Of a stretch of DNA of 64,000 bases, positions 8,925 through 20,166 are shown piece after piece (positions within the stretch are counted from its first letter, which is position 1; every line of letters starts with the position of its first letter). Origin of the DNA: a virus. The stretch spans positions 96,001 to 160,000 of IMG/VR virus record IMGVR_UViG_3300042691_041718; one strand, 5' to 3'. A program made the position numbers and the translations under genes. The notes under the pieces were generated by a model. The model worked only from the letters and a program-made list of their open reading frames with translations. It was not told the origin of the DNA and searched no databases.

Positions 8925-11900
8925 ATGCCATTACCTTCACAAAACATCATTAGAAATAAACCATATTTAGTTTCAGCTGTGGATTATCAGTTAGGTACTT
9001 TTGTTGATCCATTGCAATATAATTTAGCTTATTTTGATAATTTTCAAATATTAGAGGAAAGAACGAATGGTTACGCAAGTCCTCGTTTGGTAAACTGGGT
9101 AGAACCATATACTGTCAATGATATAAATAAAACATTATTTTATACAGAGGTTAATTCAAATATACAAGTTGGTGATAGAGTATTTATAATAAATGGATAT
9201 TATGATAGTGATTTATTGATTAAGGATGATAAGTATAAATCTGGTAGAGATGGTTATATAGTTCTTTATGTTGATAAATGTAAGATAGTTCTTGATATAG
9301 ATTACACTGGTGTTTTACCATTCAATGATACTGAAAAAAAGGATGACTTTGTAAAAGTTTGGAAAATTTCAACAAGAGAACAATTCTTACATGTTAATAA
9401 ACAAATATCATCAAGAGGAGGTCAACTTAACTATAAGTTTGATAAGTATCAAAATAATATGATATATGCTGATTCTAATGACGTTTTTTATCAACCAGTT
9501 TATAACGAAGAGTATACCGCAGGTACAATATCTAATATAGCTGGATATGGTGTTAGTTTAGGTTTAACAGGTGCTCCAGGATTTTTTGTTAGAAATGGTA
9601 GTGGTTATTGGATTAATATATCAAAAGAGTTATACTTTTATGGTTCTTTTTCAGCAGCTCTTGGAACTTATTCAAATAATAGACTAATGGTTATGAGTGG
9701 TGATTTCACTCATAAAGGAACCGATTTCAAAGAAGGAAATATTTATGAATGGGTTACTGGACCTACAAATTCATATTGGGGAGTTGATAAACTTTTCTCA
9801 AAACCAATAATTAGTAAGTCTAACTTTAGAAGTGGTGATTTTTTTGGAACTTTTAATAATGGTATTTATGGAATACAGGAAAAGAGAATACAGTGGAAAG
9901 GTATAAAATCTAAGTGGAATGGTGGTACTTTATTAAATACAATTTGGGAAAATGGTGATTTAAATTCAAAAATAACAATTGCTGGTCAAAACTATACAAC
10001 AACACTAGATAGTTCTGGTGATCCAATTCAAAAAAGTAATACTAATAATAATGGTGGTAAAGGGTTTAACTTTATTATAGATTCTAGTATATTAAAAGCT
10101 AATATTGAAAATGGTACAATAATAAATGCTAAATTAGGTGGTACAAATACTAAGAAAGTTTTAAAAAATCACTTAAATTCTGCTACACAAAGTTTTGATA
10201 TATCTATTCAAAAAGGATACTTTGAAGATGGACAATTTAATTCATTATTAATTGACAATTCAACTTTAATTAACTCTAAGTTAGTTGATAGTAAAATAAC
10301 AAATAGTAGAATTGTAAATTCCCAAGTTATTGATAGTGTAGTCAAAGACTCTACTTATATTTCGGAAGATTCTATTAAGATAAAAGCTTACGATGAGTGG
10401 AATGTTTCAGAATATAGATACACTAATCTAGCAAATAACCCAACCGGATCAAGTACTTATAGTATAATAAAACTATCTAGTCCATTTAGCTTACAAAATT
10501 CAAGAACAACACACAAATTATTCAAATTTTATATTGATGAAAAAGACTACAAAAAACTTAAATTAGATGATTATTTCTATTTAAAGGGTATAAACATAAA
10601 TAATAATTCAAAAATTCCAATAAATTTCTTTGATAAAAAATTTAAAATTGGAACTTGGGTTGATTTTAACGATGAATATACAGAGTCTTTTATAAACGAT
10701 GATTATACATATGAAAGAGATAATACAGTGGCTAATTTCTATAAAAGAGGATTTGAGTATAATGCTTATTTATCAACACCTGAAGAAAATAGTTATGTTT
10801 TAAACAGTTTAACCGCATCTGTTGATTTACAAATGATGATAAGTGCTACTTTATCATCAACTGCTAGTATAGTTGCTCAATCAACTGGAATAATCAAAAC
10901 AAATACAAACTCAAATTACTATTCAGTTGATATTTTAGTATCTATACAAGATGTTATAAATAGAGATGTGGATTCAACAGAATTTAATTTTAACTATAAT
11001 TCTAATCCTGGTACACAATCAACATATATAGGTAACTTAATTGATATATCAAAAGCATTTATAATAAATTCAAACTTTGATAGTGGTATTTTAGAAACAT
11101 CTGATTGGAATAGTGGTTATTATATAAACTATAACAACGATGTTAATATATCATCATTAACAGGAAGTGGTACTTATAGAATATCTTTAAATACCGTTAA
11201 TAGTACTTTAATTGTTACTAATACACAATATGTATCTGAAAAAAATAAAGAATTTAGTTTTAAAATTGGTGATGTTGTTTATTTAAACTCAGTTGATTAT
11301 ATAAATGGTGGTGTAGTTAAAAGAATACCTGATTCATACGAAGTATTATCAATTGATGTTAACAAATTAACACTTAAAGAAATTGGTACTAATATATTAT
11401 CCGGATTAACAGCTGGTGGATATTTTGAAACAAATAATTCAAGAAACAGATATAATTATCTAAGCAAAGTTAAATTCTATAAGAGTAAAATAAAATCTGG
11501 GCTATTTAAAAGAGGATATATGAATAGTTCATTGATAAAAAATGATAATTATGATTCATCCGATAAAGATTTTTTCAATCTTGAGAAGATTAGAAGTTTG
11601 ATTATAAGTGATACAATTTTTAGTAATAATAATAATATATTATCATCAGCAACTTATTTAAATTCATTTTTTATCGGAGGTAATGATGTTTGGCAAGATG
11701 GTATAATACAAAACTCATTTTTAAATAACTTTGGTTTCAATAAAGGTGTTATTAAAGAATCTCAATGGTATGATGGTGTATTTACTAATGGAACTTTTTA
11801 CAACTCAAGATCATTTGATGGTAATGGTACTATTGATAAGAAATATTATTATGATAATAGAATAAAATCATATCACATAGATGGTGTTGTAACAGCAACT

Positions 11901-14378
11901 GTTTCAAACTTTAGATACTCTTGGGTCAAAGGAGAATTTAAAGATGGAATATTCTTTAAGAGTGATTGGGAGGATGGTGTATTTAAGAATGGTATATTTA
12001 ATTATTCTAAGTTCTACAAAGGTACGTTTAGTAACGGACAAATTGGTGAGCCAAAATCAGCGGCTGAATCAACAGTTATTTATAATGGAGATATTCTTTA
12101 TGCAACTGTTAATAATGCCACACTATATGCTAAAAGTCCAAATTATTTAGGAGCAACTGAAAGTGGTGATATTTATAATATAAACTGGTATGATGGTATA
12201 TTTAATAATGGTGTTTTTGGTTCTTATTACGAAAGATTATATATTTATGTTGGTGGATCAACATACTCTAATCATGTTGTCCCATTAAACGCAACTGCAA
12301 ATCCAAATGGTAGTAATGGTATGTCTATAAACCAAACTAATTTTAGTAATATTTGGAATGATCAAAGAACACAGGGATTTTTAGTATCAACTCAAAGTTT
12401 ATCAAGTACAGTATATGATGTTATTGTAAATCCTGAACTTCCTTTTGATATAGAATTAAAAGTTAAAATCAATCATACTTATATAGGTGATATATTGATA
12501 AATTTAAAATCCCCAAATGGTAAAATTATAAATGTTAAAGACTATAATATAGGAAGTGATAATGACTTTAAATCCAATGACTCGATTGTTTTTACTACAA
12601 ATGATTCAAATCCAATATTAACATCAGTCTTACCACAATACTACAATAATGATAACCCACCTTATTTGAAATTTAGAATGAGTAAATCACTTGGTATTGG
12701 TACTTTTGGAACATATAGCTTCCTATCCAATACAATTAACTCAACTGAATTATTAAATTTTGATAATACATTTAATGGAAATTGGGAATTGATAATCATT
12801 GATAATTCACTATATGATATTGGATACTTATTTGAGTGGGAATTAACATTTAAATACAATACTCTTGATTATACAATAGATAGAAATAACTATGCAACTT
12901 GGTATAATGGTACATTTAATGGAGGACAATTTACAAATTATGCTAAGTGGAAAAATGGTACATTTAATGGTGGTAGATTTATATCTACTTATGGATGTAG
13001 CCAAAGTGGTTTATTTTATAATAACTCAGAAGACAAGTTAACTTACTCTTGGGAGAATGGTACATTTAACGATGGTGAATTTGGTAACTCATCAACTGGA
13101 GATAACTCAACATGGTATTACGGTATATTTAATGGTGGTGACTTCAAAGGTAAAATTTGGAATAATGGATTATTCACTGGTGGTAACTTCAAAGGTAGCT
13201 CAACCTTCTCAGCAATTGGTAATCTAGATATAAATAATTATCAGAATTCAAATGCTTCTAAATTCGTAGATTCATATACGCAAAGTTTTTATGGATTGTG
13301 GGTAGATGGAATTGCTACAAATAATAAATGGAGATATTTATCAGAAAAAGCTTTTTATGTTAGAAATAAAATTCCAAAAGTTTATAACTCAATAAATTTT
13401 GATAAAGTTTTGTGGTTATCTGGTACATTTAGTAGTGATAACGGTACGTTTAAAAATAGTGTTTGGTTAACCGGGACATTTAATAAAGGTACATTTCAAT
13501 ATAGTTCTTTTAATCCATATGTAATTAGATCTAATAATGATGAATATCCGCTAAAGTTAAATACTACGAATAGTGATTATTCATTTACTCCTAACTTTAA
13601 TAGTACTAATGCTACTAATAATTCAATACCAGATAAATCAAATTGGGTAACTGGTGATTTTATAGATAGTGATTTTTATATGTCGAGATGGTTAAATGGT
13701 AATTTCATTAGTGGTACTGCATGGGGTATGATTTTTTATAATGGTGTTTCTAATTTTATGAATGCTTATAATGTTATTTGGGAAGGAGGTACTTGGAAAA
13801 ATGGTAACTGGTATGGATCAAATTTTGACTATGTTGGTTATGTAAACAATGAATTTACTTATAATATATTAAAACGTGGATTGAGAGATAATGGTAATTC
13901 TGTTGCCACACAACCATATGACTACGTAAATGGAACATATTCTTTGGTTCCACCACCAGACGGTCAATCTTATGGTCGAAATGAAGTACATATTTGGAAT
14001 TTATTTAAAAATTCATCAAAGGTAATTAATCAAATAAGTGATGGTGGATCTAGTGATATTAGTTTTGATATAACAGTTGAAAATACATCATCTTATAATT
14101 TTGGAACATATTATGATCCAAACGAAGGAACATCATATACATTCAGACCACCAAGACCAGAAACAAATATAACACCTTGGGTAATTACCGACGAAAGTTC
14201 TGGCGATGGTTCATTCAATCCAGAAACATGGAATGAAAATTGGAGTACAGATTTTAGTGTATTTGGAGTTAATAATAACAATAATACGGCTATTCCAAAT
14301 GCTAACTGGGAATTCACAAGTTTTTCGGAACCATCTTCAGACCCATTTTCAAATTGGACAAATATTAGTTATGATTAA
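8925..14378 (+). CDS. Giant putative virion protein with W-x-x-G-x-F-x-x-G beta-solenoid repeats and a proprotein-convertase P-domain
   Basis: Repeats such as WYDGVFTNGTF, WVKGEFKDGIF and WYNGTFNGGQF. P-domain KVKINHTYIGDILINLKSPNG...NGNWELIIID...EWELTF at about 12447-12850. Confidence 0.7.
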   Translation: MPLPSQNIIRNKPYLVSAVDYQLGTFVDPLQYNLAYFDNFQILEERTNGYASPRLVNWVEPYTVNDINKTLFYTEVNSNIQVGDRVFIINGYYDSDLLIKDDKYKSGRDGYIVLYVDKCKIVLDIDYTGVLPFNDTEKKDDFVKVWKISTREQFLHVNKQISSRGGQLNYKFDKYQNNMIYADSNDVFYQPVYNEEYTAGTISNIAGYGVSLGLTGAPGFFVRNGSGYWINISKELYFYGSFSAALGTYSNNRLMVMSGDFTHKGTDFKEGNIYEWVTGPTNSYWGVDKLFSKPIISKSNFRSGDFFGTFNNGIYGIQEKRIQWKGIKSKWNGGTLLNTIWENGDLNSKITIAGQNYTTTLDSSGDPIQKSNTNNNGGKGFNFIIDSSILKANIENGTIINAKLGGTNTKKVLKNHLNSATQSFDISIQKGYFEDGQFNSLLIDNSTLINSKLVDSKITNSRIVNSQVIDSVVKDSTYISEDSIKIKAYDEWNVSEYRYTNLANNPTGSSTYSIIKLSSPFSLQNSRTTHKLFKFYIDEKDYKKLKLDDYFYLKGININNNSKIPINFFDKKFKIGTWVDFNDEYTESFINDDYTYERDNTVANFYKRGFEYNAYLSTPEENSYVLNSLTASVDLQMMISATLSSTASIVAQSTGIIKTNTNSNYYSVDILVSIQDVINRDVDSTEFNFNYNSNPGTQSTYIGNLIDISKAFIINSNFDSGILETSDWNSGYYINYNNDVNISSLTGSGTYRISLNTVNSTLIVTNTQYVSEKNKEFSFKIGDVVYLNSVDYINGGVVKRIPDSYEVLSIDVNKLTLKEIGTNILSGLTAGGYFETNNSRNRYNYLSKVKFYKSKIKSGLFKRGYMNSSLIKNDNYDSSDKDFFNLEKIRSLIISDTIFSNNNNILSSATYLNSFFIGGNDVWQDGIIQNSFLNNFGFNKGVIKESQWYDGVFTNGTFYNSRSFDGNGTIDKKYYYDNRIKSYHIDGVVTATVSNFRYSWVKGEFKDGIFFKSDWEDGVFKNGIFNYSKFYKGTFSNGQIGEPKSAAESTVIYNGDILYATVNNATLYAKSPNYLGATESGDIYNINWYDGIFNNGVFGSYYERLYIYVGGSTYSNHVVPLNATANPNGSNGMSINQTNFSNIWNDQRTQGFLVSTQSLSSTVYDVIVNPELPFDIELKVKINHTYIGDILINLKSPNGKIINVKDYNIGSDNDFKSNDSIVFTTNDSNPILTSVLPQYYNNDNPPYLKFRMSKSLGIGTFGTYSFLSNTINSTELLNFDNTFNGNWELIIIDNSLYDIGYLFEWELTFKYNTLDYTIDRNNYATWYNGTFNGGQFTNYAKWKNGTFNGGRFISTYGCSQSGLFYNNSEDKLTYSWENGTFNDGEFGNSSTGDNSTWYYGIFNGGDFKGKIWNNGLFTGGNFKGSSTFSAIGNLDINNYQNSNASKFVDSYTQSFYGLWVDGIATNNKWRYLSEKAFYVRNKIPKVYNSINFDKVLWLSGTFSSDNGTFKNSVWLTGTFNKGTFQYSSFNPYVIRSNNDEYPLKLNTTNSDYSFTPNFNSTNATNNSIPDKSNWVTGDFIDSDFYMSRWLNGNFISGTAWGMIFYNGVSNFMNAYNVIWEGGTWKNGNWYGSNFDYVGYVNNEFTYNILKRGLRDNGNSVATQPYDYVNGTYSLVPPPDGQSYGRNEVHIWNLFKNSSKVINQISDGGSSDISFDITVENTSSYNFGTYYDPNEGTSYTFRPPRPETNITPWVITDESSGDGSFNPETWNENWSTDFSVFGVNNNNNTAIPNANWEFTSFSEPSSDPFSNWTNISYD

Positions 14379-14415
14379 TTTTTGATAATAGTAATATAAT
14401 TTTAATATATAGAAT

Positions 14416-17400
14416 ATGGGTTGGTCACAAAATATAAATAGAGATACATACATAGGTGGTTCTTTACCATCTGGTATAACAACAGTAATAGCAGATACTC
14501 AAAAAAACTTCGGTTGGACTTATTCTTTGATGAAATATAAAGATAGTCCAAATGAGGCATCTTTCATGGCATTGAGAGTAAATCCATTGATTTACACACA
14601 ATCAAATAGTGATATAACATTCTGGTATAATAGACCGGGTATTTCCACTTTACCTCCTATTTCTGAAAACTATACACAAGCACATATGCTACAAAAAGCT
14701 ATTGGCTTTTATAATACGACTCCAAAAAGTTTCAAAAAGGATAAAGTTTATCAATTTAATACTGTTATGATGAACTACTTACAAATTGGTGAAAATACAA
14801 CTTATGCAAGACAGTGGAGATCACCAGCTTTGTATTTAGTTACTCCAATTGGAGATAAAGCTGAGTTATTAGCTGATAAAACATTTTATAAAGATTATAG
14901 ACAAAATATAAATGGATCAGATTTAACCGATTATGATTTTAAAAAATCTGATACATTTATAATACCTTGGGCTTACTTTGAAAGTAAAGCTAGTTTAGAT
15001 ACACTAAATTCTGTTGATGGTTCTGGTAGAATTTTCACATTTCACTATTACTCGACTCCGAAAGAAGATGTTAGTTCTTTTTTATCAGAAAGACCATCAA
15101 CTTTTTATTCAAATATTTTATTCGGAAATAGTCACGCAAATACAACCTATAACAATCTTATAACTATATCTAATCATAGATATACGGAATTTAAGGGAAA
15201 TGGTAATCAAACATCTGGAAATCATCTTAATACAGGTGAAGGTATTGTATCATACTCCGTAAATGAAACGGATTGGTTAATACAAGGATTTTCATATGTT
15301 AGTTTATTTAAAACTGAGGTTATTACCACACCTTTCACTCCACCTACTACAAGATCAACTTTTTCAGCTAAACCATGGACTGAAGGAGGTAATTTATTTG
15401 GTAACGGTTGGTATGTTGCTCAAAATAGATATATTTGGTATGATAGACCAAAATCAACAACAACAAATTGGCAAAGTATAGTATTTCCAAGTGGAGCTGC
15501 TTTATATAAAGGATTAGCAAATGAACCTTATTTTAATATGCCTGTTGGTGGACCATGGTCAAATGGTCCAACAGTTGATATACCAAACTGGTATGATAGA
15601 TTTGGATTTCATCCAGATGATGAATCAGATGTAATTGGTCTTGTTACACCAAATAGGTCAACAGAGACAGTTAACTCTGGTAGTGGTTTGAATGGGTATT
15701 CAAAAAGTCCACATGAAGGATTTAGAAAAAATAATTATATTGCTAAGTTTATAAATTATGATAAATTCAATTTATCATTTAAGTATAAGAATACAAGAAA
15801 TGATAATATTGGTATAAAATTTTATTTATCTAGTAGACTTCCTTCACAAAGACCAATTGCTACTTATATAGCATCATCGTCACCAAATTTAACAATAGCA
15901 GATTGGGGAACAACAACTGATACAATTAGTGTACCATTAGATTCAAATAATTACTTAACTAGTGCTACTACATTAAAAGAGATTAAGGTAACAGTTAATA
16001 TAGATCATACTTGGGATGGTGATTTAATTTTAAATCTAAAAGGTCCAGCAGCTAATGATGTTCAAGGTATTGGTAAAGTTATAAATTTATTTAATAGAGA
16101 AAAAGGAAATAGTGATAATTTAAAATCAACCGTTTTCACATCAGATGATACTAAAAATAGTATATCTAAAGGATCAGCTCCTTTTACTGATACATTTAGA
16201 ATGAAAAAAGATGTTGGTGTTGGATATGGTGCTTATAGATCAAATACACAGGATATTAGAAAACTATTAAATTCATCAGATAGTATAGTAGGTAACTGGA
16301 CACTTTACATAAAAGATGACGCTGGGTTAGATGTTGGTAAATTAAATACATGGACAATAGAATTTTTATTTGATGATAATTCAAGTCAAAATTATTTAGG
16401 ATCTTTAACTTATAGTGTTACAGATAAAGATTATACATTCTATGGTTTACAAGGAAATCAATATCTAATATTCGTTGGGGATACAGTGCCTCAAACAACT
16501 GGAGCAACATACATTGTCGCATCATTAACAGATTTAAAAATCGAAGAAACCTATCATATCCAAAATAATACATTATTATCCGTTGGTACAAATAGTTTTC
16601 CTACTGGTTATCTAAACTATGGATTTGGACTATTCGACTCATATGATTATATAGAAACTCCAAAGTTTTATTATAATATAGGAGTTGGTAATACTTTAAA
16701 TGCTGTAAGATCAATAACTTATTCTACCATAAAGACAAAAGTTGGAACCGGTAAATTTAAATCTGGTATATGGGAGGATGGTAATTGGATAAATGGTTAT
16801 AGAGAAGATAGAAGTGTTAGAAACTTTTTTGATGTGAGTCAATTCTACTCATATAATAGAGATAAAAAATGGAGATTAACAATCTCTGGACCATCATATA
16901 ATGTTAATAATTTTAATGTTGGAGATAAAATATCTATTTCTAATATAGTTGCTATAGATATAAACAATGAAAGAAAACTTATTAGAAATTATTATACTGT
17001 GATAAGTAAAACTAATAATACATTATTAGTTGAGTTTGAATATGATTTTCCATTAAGAAGAGTTGAAAAAGATTCACCTTATCATTTTATTTACGTAACT
17101 AAAAATATTTGGTTAAGTGGTAATTTCTTCAATGGATATTTTAATGGTGGTGTTTGGACAAACGGTAGCTTCTATGGATTACCACATACTACTAAAATGG
17201 TTGATACTCAATGGATAGATGGTGAGTTATCTGGTGGTCACTTTAAATCAAATATTATTTCATTCACATATTCATCAGGTAATATTGGACTAACAAATTC
17301 ATCAACTGGATTAAGAGGTAGATTTATTAATATAACTTTAAGTGCAACACATTCTTTAAATGTTGGTGATGAGATATATGTTAGTGAATTTGAAGATGAT

Positions 17401-18951
17401 AGTGTAGATTCAATTATGTTTGGTAAAACAAAGGTGAATACTGTAATAGATGGTAGAACTATTGAAACAAATATCTTTTCCTCAAACTCAATTGTTTATT
17501 TCCTCACAAATAGAAATTTTGTTGGTAAAGTAAGATCTTATAAAAACACCGGACTTATACAAAATATGCAATTTGATTCATTAAATGTTTCAAAAGCGAC
17601 TACTATTAATAATACAGATGATAGAAGTATTTTTGCATATAACTCTTGGATTGATGTTGTATATGATCAAAGTTCAGCTACTAATATATTTAAACCTTTA
17701 ACTGATTATGATGCTCTAACAGATAATAACATATCAAATAATAATTTATATGGTTATATAACCTATGATGTTTTATCAAGTGTTTCTAAATTTAGAGATA
17801 GTTTTTCAACATCTATTAGAAATTATAAATTAGGAACAAAATATAAAGTTTTTAATGATTACATAGGGGATTCTGGTAAATTCTCTGAATACTTTAGACC
17901 AAACTCACAAAAGTTTAAAGATCTTGGTTGGAAATGGAGTACATCATCATCATCCGGATCATATATTACCTTCTCCAGAAATGAAGCTAAAGATCTAATT
18001 GGTGGATTCTTTACAACAATTCTTCCGATAAAGGGGAAAGAGTTGAAAGTTTCAGCCAGATATGATGGAGGTGTTCTAAATTTACAGAATCCACTTGAAG
18101 ATGTTGGTAATAGAGATACTGATAAATTAGAACAAAATAGATACACTATGATTGAGTTTGATCTAGTTAATAAAGATGTAGTTGAAAATAATTATGTTGG
18201 TAGATCATCTGAGTATAATCCAAGACCTATGGAATTACCAATTTTACACTTTGGTAACTTAAACGTTATATCTAAAAAGATTATTTATCCAACATTAAAT
18301 ACCTTCATAACAAATACAGTAGAAGCATCTTATTTACCTGTTTATAAAAATGTTAATCATATTTTAACACCAAATAAGAAGAAAGTAGAATACTTCTTTA
18401 ATAAAAGAGACTTAATGATGTCATTTAGAGGATCTGGTGATAGTGGTAAGAATATTTCGGAATTTGTTATAGATAATTTAAATTTCTTTGAGGTTGATAT
18501 GATACCATTCTTTAAATATTTTACAAATGAAAATATTAATAATTCTGTACAAGCACCACTTGTTAGTAAAAGAACTTATAGAAGAGAAAATCAATATGCT
18601 TATAGATTCATCGAATTAACTCCTAAATTTGATAGAATAGAAAGAAATCAATATTTAGAAGAAACTTATCAAAATGTTGGTTTACCTGGGTTATCAAGTG
18701 AATTATGGGTTGATTCAACTGATATTACACCGTTTGATGTGCCATTTGATCCACCTGTTAATATTGTTATACCAGAACCAACATATGGTGGTAATACTGA
18801 CTATTGGAGTGTAGTTTACAATTCATGGCCAACATATACATCAGAAGATTCACCATTTATAGGAGTGGAATGGGTGCCTGGTTATGGAGCAGATGAGTAT
18901 GGGCCTGAATCAAGACCACCATCGAGTTGGACAAACATAGCGTATGACTAA
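14416..18951 (+). CDS. Giant putative virion protein, paralogous in parts to the preceding gene, with a P-domain
   Basis: P-domain VTVNIDHTWDGDLILNLKGP...GNWTLYIKDDAGLDVGKLNTWTIEF at about 15975-16370, plus WEDGNWING and WLSGNFFNG repeats and a shared C-terminus. Confidence 0.7.
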   Translation: MGWSQNINRDTYIGGSLPSGITTVIADTQKNFGWTYSLMKYKDSPNEASFMALRVNPLIYTQSNSDITFWYNRPGISTLPPISENYTQAHMLQKAIGFYNTTPKSFKKDKVYQFNTVMMNYLQIGENTTYARQWRSPALYLVTPIGDKAELLADKTFYKDYRQNINGSDLTDYDFKKSDTFIIPWAYFESKASLDTLNSVDGSGRIFTFHYYSTPKEDVSSFLSERPSTFYSNILFGNSHANTTYNNLITISNHRYTEFKGNGNQTSGNHLNTGEGIVSYSVNETDWLIQGFSYVSLFKTEVITTPFTPPTTRSTFSAKPWTEGGNLFGNGWYVAQNRYIWYDRPKSTTTNWQSIVFPSGAALYKGLANEPYFNMPVGGPWSNGPTVDIPNWYDRFGFHPDDESDVIGLVTPNRSTETVNSGSGLNGYSKSPHEGFRKNNYIAKFINYDKFNLSFKYKNTRNDNIGIKFYLSSRLPSQRPIATYIASSSPNLTIADWGTTTDTISVPLDSNNYLTSATTLKEIKVTVNIDHTWDGDLILNLKGPAANDVQGIGKVINLFNREKGNSDNLKSTVFTSDDTKNSISKGSAPFTDTFRMKKDVGVGYGAYRSNTQDIRKLLNSSDSIVGNWTLYIKDDAGLDVGKLNTWTIEFLFDDNSSQNYLGSLTYSVTDKDYTFYGLQGNQYLIFVGDTVPQTTGATYIVASLTDLKIEETYHIQNNTLLSVGTNSFPTGYLNYGFGLFDSYDYIETPKFYYNIGVGNTLNAVRSITYSTIKTKVGTGKFKSGIWEDGNWINGYREDRSVRNFFDVSQFYSYNRDKKWRLTISGPSYNVNNFNVGDKISISNIVAIDINNERKLIRNYYTVISKTNNTLLVEFEYDFPLRRVEKDSPYHFIYVTKNIWLSGNFFNGYFNGGVWTNGSFYGLPHTTKMVDTQWIDGELSGGHFKSNIISFTYSSGNIGLTNSSTGLRGRFINITLSATHSLNVGDEIYVSEFEDDSVDSIMFGKTKVNTVIDGRTIETNIFSSNSIVYFLTNRNFVGKVRSYKNTGLIQNMQFDSLNVSKATTINNTDDRSIFAYNSWIDVVYDQSSATNIFKPLTDYDALTDNNISNNNLYGYITYDVLSSVSKFRDSFSTSIRNYKLGTKYKVFNDYIGDSGKFSEYFRPNSQKFKDLGWKWSTSSSSGSYITFSRNEAKDLIGGFFTTILPIKGKELKVSARYDGGVLNLQNPLEDVGNRDTDKLEQNRYTMIEFDLVNKDVVENNYVGRSSEYNPRPMELPILHFGNLNVISKKIIYPTLNTFITNTVEASYLPVYKNVNHILTPNKKKVEYFFNKRDLMMSFRGSGDSGKNISEFVIDNLNFFEVDMIPFFKYFTNENINNSVQAPLVSKRTYRRENQYAYRFIELTPKFDRIERNQYLEETYQNVGLPGLSSELWVDSTDITPFDVPFDPPVNIVIPEPTYGGNTDYWSVVYNSWPTYTSEDSPFIGVEWVPGYGADEYGPESRPPSSWTNIAYD

Positions 18952-18988
18952 AATAAAAAAGAGTTACTGTTGTAACTCTTTTTTTATT
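18952..18988. terminator. Bidirectional intrinsic terminator
   Basis: A-tract, gagttac-tgtt-gtaactc, T-tract, between convergent genes. Confidence 0.85.
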
Positions 18989-19677
18989 AAATATAAGTGA
19001 CCAACATTACCGTTTTTAGCATGATGACCCATCGAATCTATTCTTGTTTTATCACCTTTTAGTTTTAAACCAGTTAGTTTTTGTTTACCTAAAATTCTTT
19101 TTTCACCGTTACAAGTACTACAATGATTTAATCCAACTTGACCCTTTCCATTACAAAAAGAACATTCTTGGTCCATATATTTACCAGTACCTTCACAAAA
19201 GTCACAACCATCATCAGCATCAAAAACTTTTAAAATATTACCATCGTTATCACGAATAATAATTTTTGATGAGAAGTCTTTACCAGTACCATCACAAGAT
19301 TTACACTTTACCCATCTTTCAAATTCGACTGTTCCATCAAAATCATCATCAACTTGTATTATAATATCATTTACTTCATTTTTTTTAAATTTTTCTCTAG
19401 TTGATTTAACATCATCATATTCTAAATCAATATTTATATTAAATAACTCATAGTATTCATTATAGTTATTTCCATATTTAGATTTTAAATCATAGTCACT
19501 TCGATTCTCACCACATAAAACATCATAAGCCTCGGTCATTTCGGAGAAAATATCAGCATCTCCATTCTTATCAGGATGGTGTTTAAAACTCAACTTATAA
19601 TAAGATTTTTTTATTGTTTTTTCATCTGCATTTTTAGGAACACCTAAAATAGCATAATAATTTTTTGATAAATTCAT
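18964..19677 (-). CDS. dnaJ: DnaJ-like co-chaperone (J-domain plus zinc finger, shortened C-terminus)
   Basis: NYYAILGV...HHPDKN J-domain and four CxxCxG motifs (CKSCDGTG, CDFCEGTG, CSFCNGKG, CSTCNGEK). Confidence 0.85.
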   Translation of the reverse strand: MNLSKNYYAILGVPKNADEKTIKKSYYKLSFKHHPDKNGDADIFSEMTEAYDVLCGENRSDYDLKSKYGNNYNEYYELFNINIDLEYDDVKSTREKFKKNEVNDIIIQVDDDFDGTVEFERWVKCKSCDGTGKDFSSKIIIRDNDGNILKVFDADDGCDFCEGTGKYMDQECSFCNGKGQVGLNHCSTCNGEKRILGKQKLTGLKLKGDKTRIDSMGHHAKNGNVGHLYLIKKELQQ

Positions 19678-19865
19678 TAGTCTTGACTTCTATATTTTTT
19701 CTCAATATAAGCTGCTCTACTTTTAGCTGCTCTTTTTTTATCAGTGTTTTTAATAAATTCTTTTCGAGATCTTAACTCTTTAATCATTTTGTTTTTATCC
19801 CACTTCTTTTTAAGTTTTTTAAGTGCTCTTTCAATACCACTTTTATCTACTTCAACTATTAACAT
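19677..19865 (-). CDS. rpsU: 30S ribosomal protein bS21, Bacteroidota-type
   Basis: MLIVEV..IERALKKLKKK..ELRSRKEFIK..R..AAY aligns with Flavobacterium bS21. The stop overlaps the dnaJ start (TAATG). Confidence 0.9.
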   Translation of the reverse strand: MLIVEVDKSGIERALKKLKKKWDKNKMIKELRSRKEFIKNTDKKRAAKSRAAYIEKKYRSQD

Positions 19866-19866
19866 A

Positions 19867-20151
19867 TTATTCTTTATTTTTTAATAAATTATCTAATCTG
19901 TGATTTCTCATAAATGCTGTTCTTTCAGTTTCAGTCATATTATTAAAATCTTCAAAAGATAAATCTATACCCATTAGTTTCAAACCGAACTCTATATATT
20001 CCTGAATTGAAGTTGTCTTATCAACCCAAGAATAACCTGTAATAGTGTTGCTATTACCAATTACGATATTATTATACCCACCTACAACACTATTAGTTCC
20101 AATACCATAACTAGATGTACTTGTACTACAACTTCCCAAAATATTTGCCAT
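19867..20151 (-). CDS. Hypothetical protein
   Basis: ORF in the operon, ending in RNHRLDNLL. Confidence 0.6.
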   Translation of the reverse strand: MANILGSCSTSTSSYGIGTNSVVGGYNNIVIGNSNTITGYSWVDKTTSIQEYIEFGLKLMGIDLSFEDFNNMTETERTAFMRNHRLDNLLKNKE

Positions 20152-20166
20152 AACTATTATTATTTT

